Shown in pieces: positions 30,187 to 34,570 of a stretch of 34,570 nt of DNA. Positions within the stretch are counted from its first letter, which is position 1; every line of letters begins with the position of its first letter. The position numbers and the translations under genes were made by a program. This DNA is from Candidatus Altiarchaeota archaeon (lineage in GTDB: Archaea; Altiarchaeota; Altiarchaeia; IMC4; SCGC-AAA252-I15): assembly GCA_043804895.1 (NCBI GenBank), contig JAZDIN010000052.1, positions 1-34,570 on the forward strand. Direction: 5' to 3'. The notes under the pieces are model-generated. The model saw nothing but the letters and a program-made list of their open reading frames with translations, was not told the DNA's origin and made no database searches.

Positions 30187-31566
30187 TCAGAAGTAGATGT
30201 CCCGTTCCCCCTCTTCGACTCTTTTGAGGCGGTTTTTAGTTTCTTTCCGGGTTTTTTCGTCGGTTATCTCCTTTGTGTACCTTTCAAGTATCTTTTCGCC
30301 TAGTTTTTTGTTCTCGTCTGAGGCGTAGTCCATAAGGTATTCCTTGAACGTTAGGAGCGCGTTCGGCCTGCAAAGTTCGTGTATGTTCCCTGGTTTCGCG
30401 AGTTCCATGAAATGTTTCCCTGTGCGGCCTTTGCGGTAGCATGCTGTGCAGAAGCTTGGGAGGAGGTTGTTTTCAAGCATGGCTTGTATCAGCTCCTCAA
30501 CTGTCCTCTTGTCTGCCGTGTGGAATTGCGTTAGTTCCTCTTTTTTTCCGTAGCCTCCTGGGGATGTCCTGGAGGCTGCGGACGTCTGTGATATGCCTAT
30601 CTTAAAGGCTTTCGTCCTGGTTTCCTCACTTTCCCTAGTGGAGATTATCATCCCAGTGTAGGGGACTGCCATCCTGAGTATGGCGATTACCTTCAGAAGT
30701 TCATCCTCAGTGACTGGGTGGGGTGGTTTCTTATACCTGACTGTGTCTGCTGGCTGCCAGCGTGGCACAGAGAACGTGTGCGGGCCGACTCCGTATTTTC
30801 TGTCGAGGTATTGTGCGTGTGACACTAGGGCGAGCACTTCGAACCTGTAGTCGTAGAGTCCGAAGAGGACTCCAAGTCCTACGTCGTCTATGCCTGCCTT
30901 GAACGCCCTGTCGTGGGCGAACAGTTGCCGCTCGTAATCTGCTTTCGGGCCCTTATGTATTCTCTCATATGTCTTGCGATGGTATGTCTCCTGGAATAGC
31001 TGGTAGGTGCCTATTCCAGCCTCCTTGAGTTTCCTGTAGTCCTCTACTTCTGTGGCTGCGATGTTGACGTTCACCCTCCTTATCTCCCCCTTGCCTGACT
31101 TGGTTGCGTATATTGTCTTGATAACGTCCACGACATAGTCTATCGGATTCATCTCATGGTCTTCGCCGAATTCTAGTAGCAGTCTCTTGTGTCCCATGTC
31201 CTCCAGCACCCTCACCTGCTCCTCCACCTCCTTGAGTGTCAGTTTTTTTCGCGGAGTTTGGTTGCTTGCGTGGAAGCCGCAGTATTCGCAGTCGTTGACG
31301 CAGAAGCTGGAGACGTAGAGGGGGGCGAAGAAGACGAGGCGTTCACCGTATATCTCGTCCTTTATTTTTGAGGCTGTCTTGTGCATCTCAGCTATAAGCT
31401 TAGGGTCTGTCGTGTTCAGCAGGCAGGCCACATCCTCAAGGTCGAGTCCCTTCTTCTTCGCTGCTTTCTTAAGTATCTTTTTTATCCTCTCCTCGGAGGG
31501 TTCCCTAGTATCCTTAAGTAGCCTGTTGATCTTACCCTCGTCAACGACATCCTTGACGTTAAGCAT
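30187..31566 (-). CDS. hydG: HydG-like radical SAM tyrosine lyase ([FeFe]-hydrogenase maturase family)
   Basis: FAPLYVSSFCVNDCEYCGF, IRRVNVN, GIGTYQLFQETY, GPHTFSVPR, and the C-terminal CTAC-X22-C auxiliary-cluster motif that ThiH lacks. Confidence 0.9.
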   Translation of the reverse strand: MLNVKDVVDEGKINRLLKDTREPSEERIKKILKKAAKKKGLDLEDVACLLNTTDPKLIAEMHKTASKIKDEIYGERLVFFAPLYVSSFCVNDCEYCGFHASNQTPRKKLTLKEVEEQVRVLEDMGHKRLLLEFGEDHEMNPIDYVVDVIKTIYATKSGKGEIRRVNVNIAATEVEDYRKLKEAGIGTYQLFQETYHRKTYERIHKGPKADYERQLFAHDRAFKAGIDDVGLGVLFGLYDYRFEVLALVSHAQYLDRKYGVGPHTFSVPRWQPADTVRYKKPPHPVTEDELLKVIAILRMAVPYTGMIISTRESEETRTKAFKIGISQTSAASRTSPGGYGKKEELTQFHTADKRTVEELIQAMLENNLLPSFCTACYRKGRTGKHFMELAKPGNIHELCRPNALLTFKEYLMDYASDENKKLGEKILERYTKEITDEKTRKETKNRLKRVEEGERDIYF

Positions 31567-32863
31567 TCGCCTTCACCCCCAAGTCGGTAGGCGCACGCCC
31601 GAGCGAGTAGAGCAGCTTTAAAGTCTCCTTAATCTGATCTTCCGTGTCAGACGAGTTACTGTGGCCTGGGTATATGCTGTAGTACCGTCTGTGCGAAAGC
31701 GGAGTCAGATTAACCATCAGGGAGTTCCCGCCTGTTAAAAGGCCCCTGCGTCTGCAGTCGCCGCCCAAGGCTTCAAGCGCAGTTGTTACCAGGATTTTCG
31801 CCTGAGGGTCTGCGAGCCTGCTTACTGCAAGAGCCTTCAATACTGTGTCAACCTCAGGCGCGGGAGCGTCTGCCAGTGGCGTCTGGGGAGATGGTATGAA
31901 CGGGCCGAATGAGTACATCTCTGCTTTCAGCGACTTTGTTAAGAGTATGTCGTTGGCAATGTCCTCTTTAGTCTGCCCTGGCAGTCCGATCAGCGAGCCT
32001 GTGGCGACGACAAAGCCGAGTTTCACAGCGTATTCTATCGTCTTTATCCTATCCTTGAGCGTTGACTTAGAGCCTGCGTGCATCTTACTGTAGAGCCTCG
32101 GATTAGACGTCTCAAACCTCAGAAGCACACCCCTCGCCCCAGCCTCGTACATCTCCCTATAACAGTCTAAGTCTCTGGTGCCAACGCTCATGAACAATAG
32201 CACACCGCAGCGTTCCTTTATCCCCCTGATAATCTGAGCTAGAATCTCTGGAGTGTACCAGTCATCCTCCCCGGACTGCAGCACCAGCGCCCTGAATCCG
32301 TGAACATTCACCGCCTCAGCTGCTGCTTCGACTATCTCCTCCACGCTCATCCTATACCTCGGCAGTGTACTGTTGCCTTCCCTAATGCCGCAGTACAGGC
32401 AGTTGTTTCCGCAGTGATTCGAGAATTCTATGATGCCGTGGACGCAGCAGGAGTTCTTCAGACTCTCATGCCTCACCCTGTTCGCGCTGCTATAGAGGAA
32501 ACTCAACTCCTTCGGGTTGGTCGTATCCAACAGCTGCAGAATATCCTCCCTCTCCAATCCTCCCGCCTTAGCTTTCCCAATAATCCTGCTGAATCCCTCA
32601 CTAACCTTCTCAACACCAGCATTCTTCACCGTCTCCTCATCAAGCCGTTGCAGCTTGAAGAAAGCCTCCCTCCACAACTCCAACACATCCTTAGCTTCCT
32701 CTTCAGGCATCACTTGCACTACGAACCCGCCCTGCGCGTAGACGTAGTCCCCAGGATTCACGTTTCTTAGCTCATTCAACACGTTCCTGCGTTCCCCGAA
32801 GTAGTCGACGACCGCTGTCCTGCCTGCTACCTCAACGACCCTGCCAGGTATGGAATAGCACAT
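31559..32863 (-). CDS. HypC/HupF-like domain fused to a HydE-like radical SAM enzyme
   Basis: N-terminal MCYSIPGRVVEV...AVVDY.G..R.V...PGDYV...GF...EEEA, then IIEFSNHCGNNCLYCGIR, LQSGED, LLRFET, GPFIP..TPL, TTAL and YSIYPG. GGAGGT RBS before ATG 32863. Confidence 0.88.
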   Translation of the reverse strand: MCYSIPGRVVEVAGRTAVVDYFGERRNVLNELRNVNPGDYVYAQGGFVVQVMPEEEAKDVLELWREAFFKLQRLDEETVKNAGVEKVSEGFSRIIGKAKAGGLEREDILQLLDTTNPKELSFLYSSANRVRHESLKNSCCVHGIIEFSNHCGNNCLYCGIREGNSTLPRYRMSVEEIVEAAAEAVNVHGFRALVLQSGEDDWYTPEILAQIIRGIKERCGVLLFMSVGTRDLDCYREMYEAGARGVLLRFETSNPRLYSKMHAGSKSTLKDRIKTIEYAVKLGFVVATGSLIGLPGQTKEDIANDILLTKSLKAEMYSFGPFIPSPQTPLADAPAPEVDTVLKALAVSRLADPQAKILVTTALEALGGDCRRRGLLTGGNSLMVNLTPLSHRRYYSIYPGHSNSSDTEDQIKETLKLLYSLGRAPTDLGVKANA

Positions 32864-32864
32864 A

Positions 32865-34064
32865 CTATCCCCTACCTCCACCGTCGAAGACTTTGAGTGC
32901 GCAGTACTTACCGCACATGCTGCACTCCCCGCCTACCTTACGTTTCCCATGTTTGACTCCGACTTTCGGGTCCAACGCCAGCTTAAACATCCTGTTCCAG
33001 TCTAATTTTCTCCTCGCCCTACTCATCTCATCATCCCTGCCCCTATTCCCCAACTTCACAATGTCTGCCGCATGTGCAGCAATCTTCGAGGCGATAACCC
33101 CCTCATGGACGTCCTCCTCCGATGGGAGCCCAAGATGTTCGCTTGGAGTGACGTAACAGAGGAAGTCTGCGCCATACATCCCAGCCAAGGCCCCGCCAAT
33201 AGCTGAGGTGATATGGTCATGGCCTACTCCTATGTCAGTCACCAAAGGCCCGAGCACGTAAAACGGCGCATTATGGCATACGCTCTTCTGCAAACGCATA
33301 TTATACTCAATCTGATCCAAAGGCACATGACCCGGCCCCTCCACAATAACCTTCACACCCTGCTTCCAAGCTTTAGAAGTCAAATGGCCTAGCACCCTCA
33401 ACTCACTAAGCTGCGCACTGTCAGTCGCATCATGGATGCAACCCGGCCTCAAAGCGTCGCCGAGGCTGACAGTAACCTCATACTCAGCCAACACCTCCAT
33501 GATATCCCCAAAACCCGTGTAGAGCGGATTCTCAGCCTTATGCTTCAACATCCACGCGGCCAGGAAGCATCCGCCGCGGCTGGTGATGGGAATAATCCTC
33601 TTTTTAGCCCGCCTCACACCCTCCCTGGTCAAGCCCGCGTGGACTGTCATGAAATCCACCCCCTCACGGCACTGCAATTCAACCTCCCTCAGATAATCCT
33701 CTAAGGTGAAATCCAATCCATGCTCAGCATAAACCTGATAAATCGGGACAGTCCCGAAAGGAACCTTACTCCCCTTCAAAATAGCCTTCCTCAACCCCCT
33801 CGTGTCCCCGTCCACACTCAAATCCATCAACGTGTCAGCCCCGGCCTCCACAGCCGCCTTAGCCTTCCTCAACTCCTCCCTCAGGCCGCTACTACTCGGG
33901 GAAACACCGATGTTAGCGTTAACCTTAGTCGACACACCAGCGCCAATAGCAAGAGGATTGATGCCCCGGCGGGCATTCTTCACCAGAACCAGACTACCAT
34001 CACGCACACGCTTAGTTAACCTAGCCTTAGACACGCCCTCAACCTTAGCAACGTAATCCAACAT
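32865..34064 (-). CDS. thiC: Phosphomethylpyrimidine synthase (ThiC family)
   Basis: KVNANIG, GADTLMDLS, GTVPIYQ, SRGG, SLGDALRPG, EGPGH, PFYVLGP, CYVTPSEHL, CSMCGKYC. Confidence 0.92.
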   Translation of the reverse strand: MLDYVAKVEGVSKARLTKRVRDGSLVLVKNARRGINPLAIGAGVSTKVNANIGVSPSSSGLREELRKAKAAVEAGADTLMDLSVDGDTRGLRKAILKGSKVPFGTVPIYQVYAEHGLDFTLEDYLREVELQCREGVDFMTVHAGLTREGVRRAKKRIIPITSRGGCFLAAWMLKHKAENPLYTGFGDIMEVLAEYEVTVSLGDALRPGCIHDATDSAQLSELRVLGHLTSKAWKQGVKVIVEGPGHVPLDQIEYNMRLQKSVCHNAPFYVLGPLVTDIGVGHDHITSAIGGALAGMYGADFLCYVTPSEHLGLPSEEDVHEGVIASKIAAHAADIVKLGNRGRDDEMSRARRKLDWNRMFKLALDPKVGVKHGKRKVGGECSMCGKYCALKVFDGGGRG

Positions 34065-34120
34065 ACTCCCCAACTATTTAACGCAACCGGGTATATAATA
34101 AGACTCAAGCCCGCTTGGGG

Positions 34121-34176
34121 GAGCCTTGCTAAGGCTCGCGAAGGAGTCATCTTCGCCCTCGGGCTCGATGACTCTG
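34121..34176. repeat. Two-hairpin element, copy B, between 15-bp direct repeats (34106-34120 and 34217-34231)
   Basis: GAGCCTT-GCT-AAGGCTC-GCGAA-G-GAGTCATC...GATGACTC-TG. Flanking repeats are 14/15 identical. Confidence 0.7.
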
Positions 34177-34219
34177 GCGAATTTAACCTAACGTAACCTA
34201 TCAATATCAACAAAACCAA

Positions 34220-34442
34220 GCCCGCATGGGGTAGCGGATATCCTAGGAGGTTGCGGTGAACCGTCACGCCGCAAGGCAGAGGCGCACTCTGCCTGCGCAC
34301 GAAGAGCACGCTCTTCGTTGTGGTTCACGGGCGGGACGAATTGAGGGACCTACGGCCCCTCATGCATCTCACCCGAATGAACAGTTAAAAATCAGACGTT
34401 CGCAAACACCTCCAGACTCGGGTTCGAATCCCGATGCGGGCG
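34220..34442 (+). tRNA. tRNA-Arg(GCG) with a 151-nt intron at 37/38 (34257-34407)
   Basis: Acceptor GCCCGCA/TGCGGGC, D arm GGGT/ATCC, anticodon stem GGAGG/CCTCC with loop TT-GCG-G|A, T arm TCGGG-TTCGAAT-CCCGA. Strict BHB: TTGC/GCAA core, bulges GG|T and AC|A, outer helix GAAC/GTTC. CCA not encoded. Confidence 0.93.
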
Positions 34443-34525
34443 ACCCCCTCATTTTGTATAACTCCCCGGCATTTTATTAACACTAAGTGGGGTAAAGATA
34501 AACGCTGCTAAGCCTTGGAGGAAAA

Positions 34526-34570
34526 ATGAAAACCAAGGAAATAGGAACTAAAACCAACTCTAAAACTGCC
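34526..34570 (+). CDS. Possible start of a gene running off the window
   Basis: GGAGG then ATG 34526, open to the end (MKTKEIGTKTNSKTA). Confidence 0.35.
   Translation, partial: MKTKEIGTKTNSKTA

Noticed and set aside
29970-30227. ORF 29970..30227 and the N-terminal extension of the GtrA ORF to 29976
   Set aside because: They overlap the structured RNA and repeat element. GtrA similarity starts only after Met at 29865.
30187-31566. Calling this gene thiH
   Set aside because: It retains the HydG-specific C-terminal CX2CX22C domain and HydG length.
31559-32863. Calling this gene bioB or pylB
   Set aside because: The motifs (IEFSN.C, LQSGED, LLR.ET, GPFIP, TTAL, Y.IY.G) fit HydE. No bio or pyl genes are adjacent.
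34121-34176. Archaeal SECIS element
   Set aside because: The GAA lies on the 3' side of the internal loop rather than the 5' side, and no in-frame UGA selenoprotein candidate is evident nearby.
34065-34215. TPP riboswitch upstream of thiC
   Set aside because: The conserved CUGAGA and CCUGAU-type segments are missing on the minus strand.
34380-34446. tmRNA 3' end, suggested by GACTCGGGTTCGAATCCCG
   Set aside because: It pairs fully with the 5' exon at 34220 as an intron-containing tRNA-Arg. There is no Ala G-U acceptor identity.
34016-34480. ORFs 34016..34309 and 34256..34480, including a possible intron-encoded protein
   Set aside because: They overlap the tRNA exons and structured intron, and show no homing-endonuclease or other motif.

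Overview
Archaeal chromosomal window. Archaeal markers are proteasome beta next to aCPSF1/FttA, an archaeal-type riboflavin synthase, P1/L12, and a tRNA with a bulge-helix-bulge (BHB) intron. The mix with bacterial-type ribA/ribD, single-chain guaA, adk and dapL suggests an uncultivated lineage such as Altiarchaeota/DPANN, but that is inference only. Contents in order: riboflavin operon (ribB-ribC-ribH-ribA-ribD, minus strand), TPR protein with a transglutaminase-like triad, TIGR01212-type radical SAM, corA, AbrB-VapC toxin-antitoxin pair, psmB-fttA, thiM, thiE-guaA-thiL, JAMM-like protein divergent from a PAC2 chaperone, surface and membrane proteins, adk, dapL, orphan rpl12, a glycosylation cluster with two paralogous GT-C proteins, a candidate two-hairpin H/ACA RNA, a thiC-(HypC-HydE fusion)-hydG operon, and tRNA-Arg(GCG) with a 151-nt intron. 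The two most notable observations are (1) a HypC-like domain fused to HydE, coupled to HydG with no hydF in the operon, and (2) a covarying ~57-bp two-hairpin element that twice sits between direct repeats copying the end of an adjacent stable-RNA gene.
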